Assembly: GCA_021799485.1 (NCBI GenBank)
Contig: JAJZAK010000001.1
Coordinates: 34,458 to 98,457, forward strand
DNA length: 64,000 nt
Direction: 5' to 3'
Origin: a bacterium
GTDB taxonomy: Bacteria > Elusimicrobiota > Elusimicrobia > UBA1565 > UBA9628
In this document: in pieces, positions 29,242 to 38,174 of the stretch
Layout of the letters: every line of letters starts with the position of its first letter
Position numbering within the stretch: position 1 is the first letter of the stretch
The notes under the pieces: model-generated
What the model was told of the DNA's origin: nothing
Database searches by the model: none
What the model saw: only the letters and a program-made list of their open reading frames with translations
Position numbers and translations under genes: made by a program

Positions 29242-29600
29242 TGGTGGAGGTGGCGGGAATTGCACCCGCGTCCAAACGCTTCGAACCTCGGTCCCTACAG
29301 GCTTAGCCCGCCGTTCAAGATTCGCCCGGGGAAAGCCGGCGGACGGGTTGCCCCCGAACTATCCGCGGATGGTCTTAAGGGCCGGACGCCGCGGAGCCGC
29401 CCGGACCCAGCATCCTGCTTCATGACGGTCCGGCCCCCTAGCAGGAGTCCGGGCGGACCGTGAGCTTACCGCTGTTTAGGCGGTGGCCCAGGCCAACGAT
29501 GAGTTGGCGTTTGTGTTTTGGCCTGATTTTATCCTGGCTCTGGCCAACCAGGGCCTGCGACCGGGGGCCCGAGAACGCCTGTCGAGCCTAATTCACCCCC
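29242..29600 (-). ncRNA. ssrA: tmRNA
   Basis: 5' GGGGGTGAA...CTCGAC, 3' GGACGCGGGTGCAATTCCCGCCACCTCCACCA; internal tag reading ANSSLAWATA-stop. Confidence 0.93.
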
Positions 29601-29626
29601 GTTCATTCATTATATACAATCGGCGC

Positions 29627-30868
29627 ATGCCGCCGTCGGTCTCGGCCCGGGAAAAAAGGCTCGACCGTTCCCGGAGCTTCTGCATGGTTCCTTGGGTCCA
29701 CATTAACGTCCGGACCAACGGCCAAGCTTTCCCCTGTTGCAACGCCGACCACAACCTCCCGTTGGGATCGCTCCGGGACTCGGCGCTGGCAGGGATTTGG
29801 AACAGCGAACCCTTGCGCCAGATGCGACTCAACATGCTGTCCGACAAGGACAATTCCCAATGCGCGCGCTGCTACGAACTGGAGAAGTTCAAGTTTCCCA
29901 GTCCCCGCCGCGACCTCAATAAGGCTTTCGCGCATCATTATCCCTTCGTCGAGAAGACGGAGGAAGACGGCTCCCTGCCGCGGATCAATCTTCCTTATCT
30001 GGACATCCGCTTTTCAAACGTCTGCAACTTCAAATGCCGCTATTGCGATCCGCACCAGAGCAGCGCCTGGCACGCGGACCGGGGCCTTCTGGGTTGGGAC
30101 GAGCGCGCTCCCGCCATCCTGACGCCGACCGCGGATCCCGACGACCTGTGGAGGCAGATCGAACCCCATATCCCGCGCCTGGAGGCCATCTATTTTTCCG
30201 GCGGAGAACCGCTCTTAGCGCACGAACACTATCGGATCCTCGACGCCCTGGCCAAGCTGGAAAAATTCGATGTCGCGCTTCGCTACAACACCAACTTTTC
30301 CTTTCCGCCGTTTCCGGGGGCGGATGTGATGGCGCTTTGGAGCCGATTTAAGAGGGTCGATGTCAGCGCGAGCCTCGACGGCATGGGGCGACGGGGCGAA
30401 TACATCCGTAAAAACCAACATTGGGACGATGTCATCCGCAACCGCGAACGAATGATGCAGGTGTGCTCAAAAGTCAAATTCTCCATCGCCCCGACGCTCT
30501 CCGTCATGAACGTCCTCCATCTTCCGGATTTCCACAGGGATTGGCTTGAAAAGGGATACATCGGCCCCGGCGACATTCAGATCGGGATGCTCCGCGATCC
30601 CGAGGAATATCGCATCCAAATCCTGCCGGAACCGCTCAAGAAGAAAGTGGCGGAGGCCTACGAATCCCATATGGGCTATCTCTCAAGCCGCTACGGCGAG
30701 GGGGCCTCCCACGCCCTAGGCCAATTCCAAGCTGCGATCAACCTGCTCGATTCGCAAGATATGACGCATCTCCTGGGCAAATTCAGGGAGCGCACCCGGC
30801 GGATCGACCAAGGAAGAGGAGAGTCCTTCAAGAAAACCTTCCCGGAACTCGCGGAGCTCTCCGTTTGA
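29627..30868 (+). CDS. Radical SAM protein with N-terminal twitch/SPASM-like domain
   Basis: N-terminal CMVPW...PCC...CARC; CNFKCRYC; FSGGEP; YNTN. Confidence 0.88.
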   Translation: MPPSVSAREKRLDRSRSFCMVPWVHINVRTNGQAFPCCNADHNLPLGSLRDSALAGIWNSEPLRQMRLNMLSDKDNSQCARCYELEKFKFPSPRRDLNKAFAHHYPFVEKTEEDGSLPRINLPYLDIRFSNVCNFKCRYCDPHQSSAWHADRGLLGWDERAPAILTPTADPDDLWRQIEPHIPRLEAIYFSGGEPLLAHEHYRILDALAKLEKFDVALRYNTNFSFPPFPGADVMALWSRFKRVDVSASLDGMGRRGEYIRKNQHWDDVIRNRERMMQVCSKVKFSIAPTLSVMNVLHLPDFHRDWLEKGYIGPGDIQIGMLRDPEEYRIQILPEPLKKKVAEAYESHMGYLSSRYGEGASHALGQFQAAINLLDSQDMTHLLGKFRERTRRIDQGRGESFKKTFPELAELSV

Positions 30869-31455
30869 GACGAATCGCGCTTCTGCTGCTGCCGCTCTCC
30901 GCTCTCGCCGCGCCCGCAGAGCCCCTGGTCGACTTCGCCAAGCTCCACCCGCGCGCCATCCTGGACATACGCTACGCGACGAAGAACAATTTCACGCACG
31001 AGGCGGTCTATCCGGCGGCGAAATGCCTGCTGCGGGAAAGCGCGGCGAAAGCCCTCGCCGCGGCCGCTTCGGATTTCGAGTCGATGGGGCTGAGGCTGGT
31101 CGTCTTTGATTGCTACCGCCCCCTCTCGGTCCAAAAAAAATTCTGGGCCATCCTTCCGGACGAGCGCTACGTGGCGAATCCCGCCGAGGGCTCCAACCAC
31201 AACCGCGGCGCGGCGGTGGACGTGACGCTGGCGGACGTTCAAGGCCGCGAGCTTCCCATGCCGAGCGCCTACGACGATTCCAGCCCGCGATCGCACCGGG
31301 ACTGGAAGGGGTCAAGCCCCGCCGAGCGCAAGAACATGCGTCTCCTCGAGGCCGTCATGCTCCGCCACGGCTTCATCGGCTTGCCGACGGAATGGTGGCA
31401 CTTCGACGCGAAGAATTGCGGAGATTATCCCGTCCTGGACGTGCCGCTGCGATGA
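30865..31455 (+). CDS. ddpX: D-Ala-D-Ala dipeptidase (M15D, VanX/DdpX-like) with signal peptide
   Basis: DCYRP, SNHNRGAAVD, EWWHF. Confidence 0.88.
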   Translation: MRRIALLLLPLSALAAPAEPLVDFAKLHPRAILDIRYATKNNFTHEAVYPAAKCLLRESAAKALAAAASDFESMGLRLVVFDCYRPLSVQKKFWAILPDERYVANPAEGSNHNRGAAVDVTLADVQGRELPMPSAYDDSSPRSHRDWKGSSPAERKNMRLLEAVMLRHGFIGLPTEWWHFDAKNCGDYPVLDVPLR

Positions 31456-31491
31456 ATTCGATGGAACGGAGAAATTGATAAACTTCCCGCC

Positions 31492-32544
31492 ATGAAGCTC
31501 GTCACCTTCGCGGTCGATACGCCCCTAGGGTCCTTTGAGCGGCTGGGAGCCGTGGCCGAAAAGCCGCGATCGTGCATCGTCGATCTCAACGCCGCCTGCG
31601 GCGCCTGGTTCGAGCGCAAGGGCCGATCCCGAGCCGTCGCCGACGCCCTCGTCCCGGCCGACATCCTCCGCTTTCTGGAAAACGGAGAGGAAGCCCTCGA
31701 CGCCGCCAGGGAGTCGGCGCTCTTCGCCGGAAATGAAGACCGCGGCGATGGGGCCAAGCTCATCGATCCGATGGGCCGGCGCGTCCTTTACGCCGAAAAC
31801 GAGATCCGCCTCCTTCCCCCCGTTCCAAGGCCGCCCGCGTTCCGGGATTTCTTCGCGTTCGAGGACCACGCCTTGAAGGGCGCGGCCCGCCGCGGGGAGC
31901 CCCTGTCTCCCGCCTGGTATGACCAGCCCGTCTACTACAAGGGGAATCACCGCGAATTCTACGGGCCCGGCGCGACGGTGCCATGGCCCCGCTATACGCG
32001 AAAGCTCGACTTCGAGGCCGAGATCGCCTGCATCGTGGGCCGGCGAGGACGCGATCTCTCCCCGGAGAAGGCGGAAGGCCACATCGCGGGCTACGCGATC
32101 TTAAACGACTTTTCCGCCCGCGACATCCAGAAAAACGAGATGCTCTGCCGCATGGGGCCCGCGAAGGGAAAGGACTTCGCCAACGCCCTCGGCCCTTGGC
32201 TTGTGACGGCCGACGAGCTAAAAAACCCGGACGAACTCAATATCTCCGTGTGGGTCAACGGCGAGAAGTGGAGCTCGGGCCATTCCAGCGGGCGCTATTG
32301 GAGCTTTCCCACCATGCTCTCGCACGTTTCCCAGGAAGAAACCGTCTACCCCGGCGACATCCTCGGCTCCGGGACTTACGCCGGCGGCTGCGGGCTCGAC
32401 CTGGACCGCTGGATCAAGCCCGGGGACACGATCGAGATCAAGGCTGACAAGCTCGGCGTCCTCAAAAGCGTCGTCGGCGCGCCCCAAGCCGCCGTCCACT
32501 TGAAGTACGCCGGCAAAAATACCGGCGCCCGCGCCGCGGCCTAA
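31492..32544 (+). CDS. Fumarylacetoacetate hydrolase family protein
   Basis: RDFFAFEDH, LDFEAE, NDFSARD, KGKDFA, GDILGSGT. Confidence 0.9.
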   Translation: MKLVTFAVDTPLGSFERLGAVAEKPRSCIVDLNAACGAWFERKGRSRAVADALVPADILRFLENGEEALDAARESALFAGNEDRGDGAKLIDPMGRRVLYAENEIRLLPPVPRPPAFRDFFAFEDHALKGAARRGEPLSPAWYDQPVYYKGNHREFYGPGATVPWPRYTRKLDFEAEIACIVGRRGRDLSPEKAEGHIAGYAILNDFSARDIQKNEMLCRMGPAKGKDFANALGPWLVTADELKNPDELNISVWVNGEKWSSGHSSGRYWSFPTMLSHVSQEETVYPGDILGSGTYAGGCGLDLDRWIKPGDTIEIKADKLGVLKSVVGAPQAAVHLKYAGKNTGARAAA

Positions 32545-32591
32545 TTCATCCAGAAGCATGGTTTTCCTTGTTTTGATAGAATAAATTCGTC

Positions 32592-33824
32592 ATGGCGCTT
32601 ATCGTTAAACAGGGGGAAGTGCCGCGCACCCCGCACACGGAATTCTACGGCCAAGACGGGAGCCTGGCCCTGGAGGAAATCCACGGATCGAAAGGTTTTT
32701 CCGGCGCCTTCTCGCGCAAGATGCATCTTCGCCGCTACCCGACGGTCCAGTCTCGCCCTCCGAAACTCCTCAAATGGTCCCTGGCGCCCAGGCCCGCTTT
32801 GCGCCTCCCTCTCCAGCCTTTTCATCTGAGGACGGGCGCCCTGCCGTACCGCGGCGACTATCCGCGCTCCCGCCGAGTCCTCCTTCACGGCCGCACGACC
32901 GCGATCTCCGTGGCCAAGTTCGACAGGTCCTCCCCGGCGCGGGAGTTCTTCCGCAACGGCGAGGCTCACGAACTCCTCTTCGTCCAAGAGGGGCGCGGCG
33001 TCCTCGAGACGGAGTATGGGGAACTCCCCTTTGAACCGAGGCTCTATCTCGTCGTCCCGAAGGGGACCACCCTGCGCCTCAAGCTCGAGACGCCGCGGGC
33101 CTTCTTTCTCGTGATCGAGTCCTCCTACCCCATCGAGTTCCCCCCCCACTACTTCAACCCGGACGGCCAGGCCACGCTCATGTCCCCCGTAGTCGAGACC
33201 GAAATCGGCCTGCCCAAGCTCCAGAGGCCCCAGGACGTCCGCGGAGACTACGCCGTCCTCGTCAAGCACGGGGGAGGACGCCTCACTCAGATCACGCTCG
33301 GCCACCATCCCTTCGACCTCGTCGGCTGGGAGGGGGCGCTTTATCCCTTCAGCTTCGAATGCTCTCGCCACCATTCGATCGCCCGGGAGATTCACACGGC
33401 TCCACCCGCGCGGCAAACATTCCAGTCGGGCTCCGCTCCCCACAACGGCTTCTCGATCTGCACTTTCCGCGGCCAGATCGAGGGGTGGCATCCCGAGGAT
33501 GTCCCGGCGCCCTACGCGCATTTCAACGCCGACTCCGACGAAATGATGTTTTTCTCCGACACGAGCTACGGCGCCCGGCAAGGCGTCATCGAGCCGGGAT
33601 CGATCACGTTTCATCCGGGGGCGCTCCCCCACAGCCCGCACGGCGACGCCGCGAGGCGCTCCTTCGCGCAGCGCGGCAAGCTGTCCCATTATCTGGCCGT
33701 CATGCTCGACACCTTCTTCGAGCCCCTCGAGATCACGCGGGAAGGCTGGGCCTGCGCGCAGAAGGACTATCCCTTGAGCTGGGCGAAGGCGGAGGGAGCC
33801 TCGGGAGCCGTCCTCTCCGCGTAG
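32592..33824 (+). CDS. hmgA: Homogentisate 1,2-dioxygenase
   Basis: HHPFDLVGWEG, PYAHFN.DSDE, HPGALPHSP, AVMLDT. Confidence 0.9.
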   Translation: MALIVKQGEVPRTPHTEFYGQDGSLALEEIHGSKGFSGAFSRKMHLRRYPTVQSRPPKLLKWSLAPRPALRLPLQPFHLRTGALPYRGDYPRSRRVLLHGRTTAISVAKFDRSSPAREFFRNGEAHELLFVQEGRGVLETEYGELPFEPRLYLVVPKGTTLRLKLETPRAFFLVIESSYPIEFPPHYFNPDGQATLMSPVVETEIGLPKLQRPQDVRGDYAVLVKHGGGRLTQITLGHHPFDLVGWEGALYPFSFECSRHHSIAREIHTAPPARQTFQSGSAPHNGFSICTFRGQIEGWHPEDVPAPYAHFNADSDEMMFFSDTSYGARQGVIEPGSITFHPGALPHSPHGDAARRSFAQRGKLSHYLAVMLDTFFEPLEITREGWACAQKDYPLSWAKAEGASGAVLSA

Positions 33825-33847
33825 GCCGGCCGGCGGCGCCATCCATC

Positions 33848-34453
33848 ATGGAATTCGACGTCGAAACCCTCTCCCCGCGCGAGCGCTACGCGCTCCTCAT
33901 CGCAAGCATCCTCCCCCGCCCGATCGCCTGGGTCTCGACGGTCAGCCAAGCGGGCGTCACGAACCTGGCCCCTTTCAGCTTCTTTACGGGGATTACCGGA
34001 AATCCCATGTCCCTGTGCTTCGCTCCCGTGAACTCGCGCGACGGCATCGCCAAGGACACCCTCGTCAACGTCCGCGAGACGGGAGAGTTCGTGGTGAACG
34101 TCGTCACGGAAGACAACGTCGAGAAGGCGAATCTCACGTCGGCGACGTATCCCTATGGCGTCAGCGAATTCGAGAAGGCGGGCCTGACCCCCGTCCCGAG
34201 CGTCCTCGTCAAGCCCCCCCGCGTCAAGGAATCCCCCATTCACATGGAGTGCCGCGTGCTCCAAATCGTCGCCGTGAGCGGCGGCGCTCTCGGCGGAAAC
34301 CTCGTCATCGGGAAAGTCGTCCAATTCCACGCCGAGGACTCGATCCTCCAAGACGGCGCCATCCCGCATGACCGCCTCCGGGCCGTCGGGCGCATGGAGG
34401 GCGCCTGGTATTCGAAGACCCGGGAGGCCTTCGAACTCGCGCGCCCCAAGTGA
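33848..34453 (+). CDS. Flavin reductase-like FMN-binding protein
   Basis: PRPIAWVST, NLAPFSFF, KDTLVN, PPRVKESP. Confidence 0.9.
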   Translation: MEFDVETLSPRERYALLIASILPRPIAWVSTVSQAGVTNLAPFSFFTGITGNPMSLCFAPVNSRDGIAKDTLVNVRETGEFVVNVVTEDNVEKANLTSATYPYGVSEFEKAGLTPVPSVLVKPPRVKESPIHMECRVLQIVAVSGGALGGNLVIGKVVQFHAEDSILQDGAIPHDRLRAVGRMEGAWYSKTREAFELARPK

Positions 34454-35502
34454 CCGGCTCCCCGCGCCGAATCCTCGCGATCCAGACCGCCTACCTGGGC
34501 GACTGCGTCTTGACGCTGCCGCTTTTGCGCGAGGCGAAGGCCCTTTATCCCCGATCAAGGCTCTCCGTTCTGGCGCTGCCGAAGACGGCCGCCCTGTTCG
34601 AGGAATTCCCGGCGGTGGATGAGGTTCTCGCGGACGACAAACGCGGCGAAGATTCCGGTCTTCTCGGCATGCTGCGGCTTGCGGGGCGCCTCAGGAGCCG
34701 CGCCTTCGACTTGGCGATCATCCCCCACCGCTCGCTGCGCAGCGCGCTCATCGCCAGGCTCGCCGGCATTCCGCGGCGCGTCGGCTTTGCGAGCAGCGCG
34801 GGATGGTTCCTGATGACTCGGCGCGCGCCCTTCGACTGGGCGACGCACGATCTCGATCGGAATTTGAGCCTGCTCAAGGCCATCGACCCCTCGTTTTACC
34901 CTTCGAAGGACGTTTGGCGGGACGTCGCGGCCTCGGACCATGCCCGGGCCTCGCTCGCCGCCCGATGGGAGAGCCTCCGCCTGGCGCCCGGCGCTCCCGT
35001 CGTCGGCCTCCATGCCGGCTCGGCGTGGGGGACGAAACGCTGGCCCGAAGACCGATGGGCCGAGCTGTGCCGCCGGCTCAAGTCGCAAGGATTTAAGCCC
35101 CTTCTCGTCGGGGGGCCCGACGACGCGGAGCTATCCAAGCGGGTGGCGGCCGCCTCGGGAGCGGAGAGCTTGGCGGGCACGACGAGCCTTGGAGAGCTCA
35201 AGGCCCTCATGGAAAAATTCTCCCTCTTCGTCACCAACGACTCGGGCCCCATGCACGTCGCTTGCGCGATGGGCGTCCCGGTGCTCGCGATTTTCGGGCC
35301 CACCGTCCGCGGCCTCGGCTTTTTCCCCTACGGCATCCGAAACGAGGTCGCCGAGGCGGACCTCGCCTGCCGTCCCTGCCCGGGCTCGCTTCACGGCCCG
35401 ATGAAATGCCCTCACGGGCACTTTCTCTGCATGAAACTCGTCACGGTCGACGAGGTCTTCTCACGGGCGATGAGGATGCTCGCCTGCGGTGTCAGACTTT
35501 GA
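34450..35502 (+). CDS. waaF: LPS heptosyltransferase (GT9, WaaF-like)
   Basis: AYLGDCVL, KRWP, TNDSGPMHVA, IFGPT. Confidence 0.85.
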   Translation: MTGSPRRILAIQTAYLGDCVLTLPLLREAKALYPRSRLSVLALPKTAALFEEFPAVDEVLADDKRGEDSGLLGMLRLAGRLRSRAFDLAIIPHRSLRSALIARLAGIPRRVGFASSAGWFLMTRRAPFDWATHDLDRNLSLLKAIDPSFYPSKDVWRDVAASDHARASLAARWESLRLAPGAPVVGLHAGSAWGTKRWPEDRWAELCRRLKSQGFKPLLVGGPDDAELSKRVAAASGAESLAGTTSLGELKALMEKFSLFVTNDSGPMHVACAMGVPVLAIFGPTVRGLGFFPYGIRNEVAEADLACRPCPGSLHGPMKCPHGHFLCMKLVTVDEVFSRAMRMLACGVRL

Positions 35503-35561
35503 CTTTTTGACTTATGGACGCCGATCAACAAGTCAAAAAGTCAAAGTCTGACACCGCAGGC
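35482..35561. repeat. Perfect 32-bp inverted repeat with 16-nt loop (REP-doublet-like)
   Basis: gcctgcggtgtcagactttgactttttgactt (35482-35513) and exact reverse complement (35530-35561). Confidence 0.9.
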
Positions 35562-36359
35562 ATTCCCGGAGGCCTGAGCGCCGTCATCATCGCCAAGGAC
35601 GAGGAGAAAAACCTCCCCGCGGCGCTCGAAAGCTTAAAGGGCATCGCCGACGAGATCATCGTCGTCGTGGACGATAGGACGAAGGATCGGACGGCCGAGA
35701 TCGCGCGCGCGGCGGGGGCGAGGGCCGTCCTGCGCCGTTTCGACGGCTTCGGGACCCAGAAACAGGCGGCGCTCGACCTCGCGACGAAGGAATGGGTGCT
35801 CTCCCTCGACGCCGACGAGCGCGTCGATCCGGCTTTGGCGTCCGAGATCGTCGAAAAACTCGCCCGCGCGCCCCAAGACTCCGGGCCGTCCGGTTTCGAC
35901 GTGCCGCGCCGCGTGATCTTCTTGGGGCGCGAGATGCGCCACGGCGGACTCGGCCGCGAGAAGATGCTGCGTCTCTTTCGCAGGTCTCGCGGCCGATTCG
36001 ACGGCGCCAGCATCCACGAACGCGTCGCCGTCGACGGAGCCGTCGAAAAACTCGCCCACCCGATCGCGCACGAGACCTACGCCAGCATCTCCGACTATTT
36101 GCGCAAAATGGAGTCCTACTCCACGTTGGAGGCCCGCAAGAAGTTCGACCGCGGCCGCCGCTTCCACTGGTGGCAGCACGCGCTCCCGGCCTGGGAATTT
36201 CTAAGGCGCTGGCTCCTCAAGGGCGGTTTTCTCGACGGCCGGGAAGGGTATGTCTGGGCGCGGCTCTCGGCTTTCCATTATTGGGTCAAATGCCTCAAGC
36301 TTCGCGAACTGGAGCTTCAGCGGGACCGCGCCCTCCCCGGACGCCCGGGGCTCCGATGA
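35514..36359 (+). CDS. GT2 glycosyltransferase (KdtX/WaaE-like, LPS core)
   Basis: LSAVIIAKDEE, WVLSLDADE, IHE, GFLDGREG. Confidence 0.9.
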   Translation: MDADQQVKKSKSDTAGIPGGLSAVIIAKDEEKNLPAALESLKGIADEIIVVVDDRTKDRTAEIARAAGARAVLRRFDGFGTQKQAALDLATKEWVLSLDADERVDPALASEIVEKLARAPQDSGPSGFDVPRRVIFLGREMRHGGLGREKMLRLFRRSRGRFDGASIHERVAVDGAVEKLAHPIAHETYASISDYLRKMESYSTLEARKKFDRGRRFHWWQHALPAWEFLRRWLLKGGFLDGREGYVWARLSAFHYWVKCLKLRELELQRDRALPGRPGLR

Positions 36360-37090
36360 CCTCCCTTCCCGTCCTCATGTATCACCGCGTCGGGACCCCG
36401 CCGGCCGGATCGAAGCTCGCGGATCTTTGGGTCTCACCGAGCAAGCTTCGGGCCCAGCTGGACTATGTGAAGGCCGGCGGATGGTCCCCGATGCTTTTTT
36501 CCGAACTCCGGAAGGCCTTGACGGGCGGCGCCCATCTCCCGCGCAAGCCCCTCCTTGTCACCTTCGACGACGGCTACGCCAACAATTACGAGAGCGGCTT
36601 TCCCATTCTTAAGGAGTTGGGCGTCAAAGCCGGCATTTTTCTCGTCCATGAGACGCTGGGCCGACACAACGCCTGGCACGATCCCTCGGGAGAGCCCTGG
36701 ATCCCGATGATGAACCTGGCTCAGGCGCGGGAGATGCAGGAATCGGGGCTCGTCGAGTTCGGCTCGCACACCATGCGCCATCCGCGGCTGACGAAGGTTT
36801 CCGCGGAGGAGGCGCGCTGGGAGATTGCGGAATCGAAGCGTCGGCTGGAGGCGGATCTGGGCCGCGAGGTCCGCGCCTTCGCCTATCCCTACGGCGCGGG
36901 CGCCCGCCGCGAGGACTTGCGCCGGATGGTGGAGGAGGCCGGCTACTCCTTCGACTTCGGAACGCGGCCGGGGGCATCCCGCCTTCCTTGGGTTTTCGCA
37001 TCGGAAGCCTTCCGTCGCATCTTCGTTCCGGGAGGGGCGCCGTTGTGGCGTTTTAAGCTTTCCTTGGCTTTGGCACCCTGGCGCCGATGA
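36356..37090 (+). CDS. Polysaccharide deacetylase
   Basis: LMYHRV, TFDDGY, GSHTMRH, FAYPYG. Confidence 0.9.
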   Translation: MTSLPVLMYHRVGTPPAGSKLADLWVSPSKLRAQLDYVKAGGWSPMLFSELRKALTGGAHLPRKPLLVTFDDGYANNYESGFPILKELGVKAGIFLVHETLGRHNAWHDPSGEPWIPMMNLAQAREMQESGLVEFGSHTMRHPRLTKVSAEEARWEIAESKRRLEADLGREVRAFAYPYGAGARREDLRRMVEEAGYSFDFGTRPGASRLPWVFASEAFRRIFVPGGAPLWRFKLSLALAPWRR

Positions 37091-37142
37091 CCAAGCAGGG
37101 GCGCGGGCCAGCGAGGACATGGTCGGAGCTGGAGGCGAAGCC

Positions 37143-38174
37143 ATGAAAAAGATCCTCGTCATGCAGCTGCGCCACTCCGGGGACGTCCTTTTGACGCTCC
37201 CGGCCGTGAAGATCCTGCGCCGCGGCTTCCCCGACGCCATGATCGACTTTCTCGTCGACGCCCCCCACGACCAGGCGCTTCTCGGCTCGCCCGACATCGA
37301 CAACATCGTCGTCTATGATCGGACAAGCACGCTCGGAATGCTGGCCGCCGCCAGACGCAAGCGCTACGACTGCACGATCGACTATTTGGGAACTCCCCGC
37401 ACCGCCATCTTGGGAGCCGCCTCCGGGGCGGCCGTGCGCGTGGGCTACGCGCGAGTCTTTCATCGCTGGGCTTATAATAGGCTCTACGCCGTTCCCCCGG
37501 GATCCCGCTACGTCGCGTTGGAGAAGATGGATCTCGTCTCCCGGATGTTCGGGCTCCCCGAGGGGAAAATCGAGTTCAACGTCCGCATCCCCGAGGCCGC
37601 GCGCGAACGGGCGAACAATTTCCTGGCGTCGTTCCTGGAAGACGGCCGCCCTCTCATCACCATCGCCCCCGGCTCCCAGCGCCATTTCAACCGATGGTTT
37701 CCGGATCGCTACGCCCCCATCATCGATTGGCTTGAGGAGGCGTTCGGGGCCGCGGTACTCCTCCTCTGGGCTCCGAAGGAAAAGCCGATGGCGGAGGAGA
37801 TCGCTTCTCTCTGCCGCCGCCCCCCCCTCCTGAGCCCCGGGACGGCCGGCCTCGCGGACCTGGCGGCGTTTCTCGAGCGGGCCGATCTCCACATCGGCGC
37901 CGACAACGGCGGCAAGCACGTCGCGACGGCCGTCGGCGCCGCCACCTTCACCATCTACGGCCCGCATGATCCCGTCAGCTGGACCCACCCGGATCGTTCC
38001 CGGCACCGCTATATCAAGACGGACGCCTGCCTCTGCGAGCACGATGTGCGCCGCAAGCACGCCTGCCGCGAGCTCGCCTGCCTGCGGGCGGTGGCCGTCC
38101 CGGATGTCGAACGGGCCATTGGGGCTTTCCTGCCGGAAATCCTCGCGCGAAAAACCGCGAGGAAAACAGCATGA
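37143..38174 (+). CDS. GT9 heptosyltransferase-family protein
   Basis: RHSGDVLL, DNGGKHVA, IYGP. Confidence 0.85.
   Translation: MKKILVMQLRHSGDVLLTLPAVKILRRGFPDAMIDFLVDAPHDQALLGSPDIDNIVVYDRTSTLGMLAAARRKRYDCTIDYLGTPRTAILGAASGAAVRVGYARVFHRWAYNRLYAVPPGSRYVALEKMDLVSRMFGLPEGKIEFNVRIPEAARERANNFLASFLEDGRPLITIAPGSQRHFNRWFPDRYAPIIDWLEEAFGAAVLLLWAPKEKPMAEEIASLCRRPPLLSPGTAGLADLAAFLERADLHIGADNGGKHVATAVGAATFTIYGPHDPVSWTHPDRSRHRYIKTDACLCEHDVRRKHACRELACLRAVAVPDVERAIGAFLPEILARKTARKTA

Noticed and set aside
29242-29600. Prophage or island integrated at ssrA
   Set aside because: No integrase and no duplicated 3' end seen; flanking genes look chromosomal
29483-29626. ORF-track N-terminal extension of the radical SAM
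   Set aside because: Overlaps tmRNA on the opposite strand; ATG 29627 follows a -10 box
29627-30868. RiPP cluster around the radical SAM
   Set aside because: No precursor peptide, PqqD/RRE domain or exporter adjacent
30865-31455. vanX as a vancomycin-resistance cluster
   Set aside because: No vanH/vanA/vanRS; signal peptide and context fit a housekeeping D,D-dipeptidase
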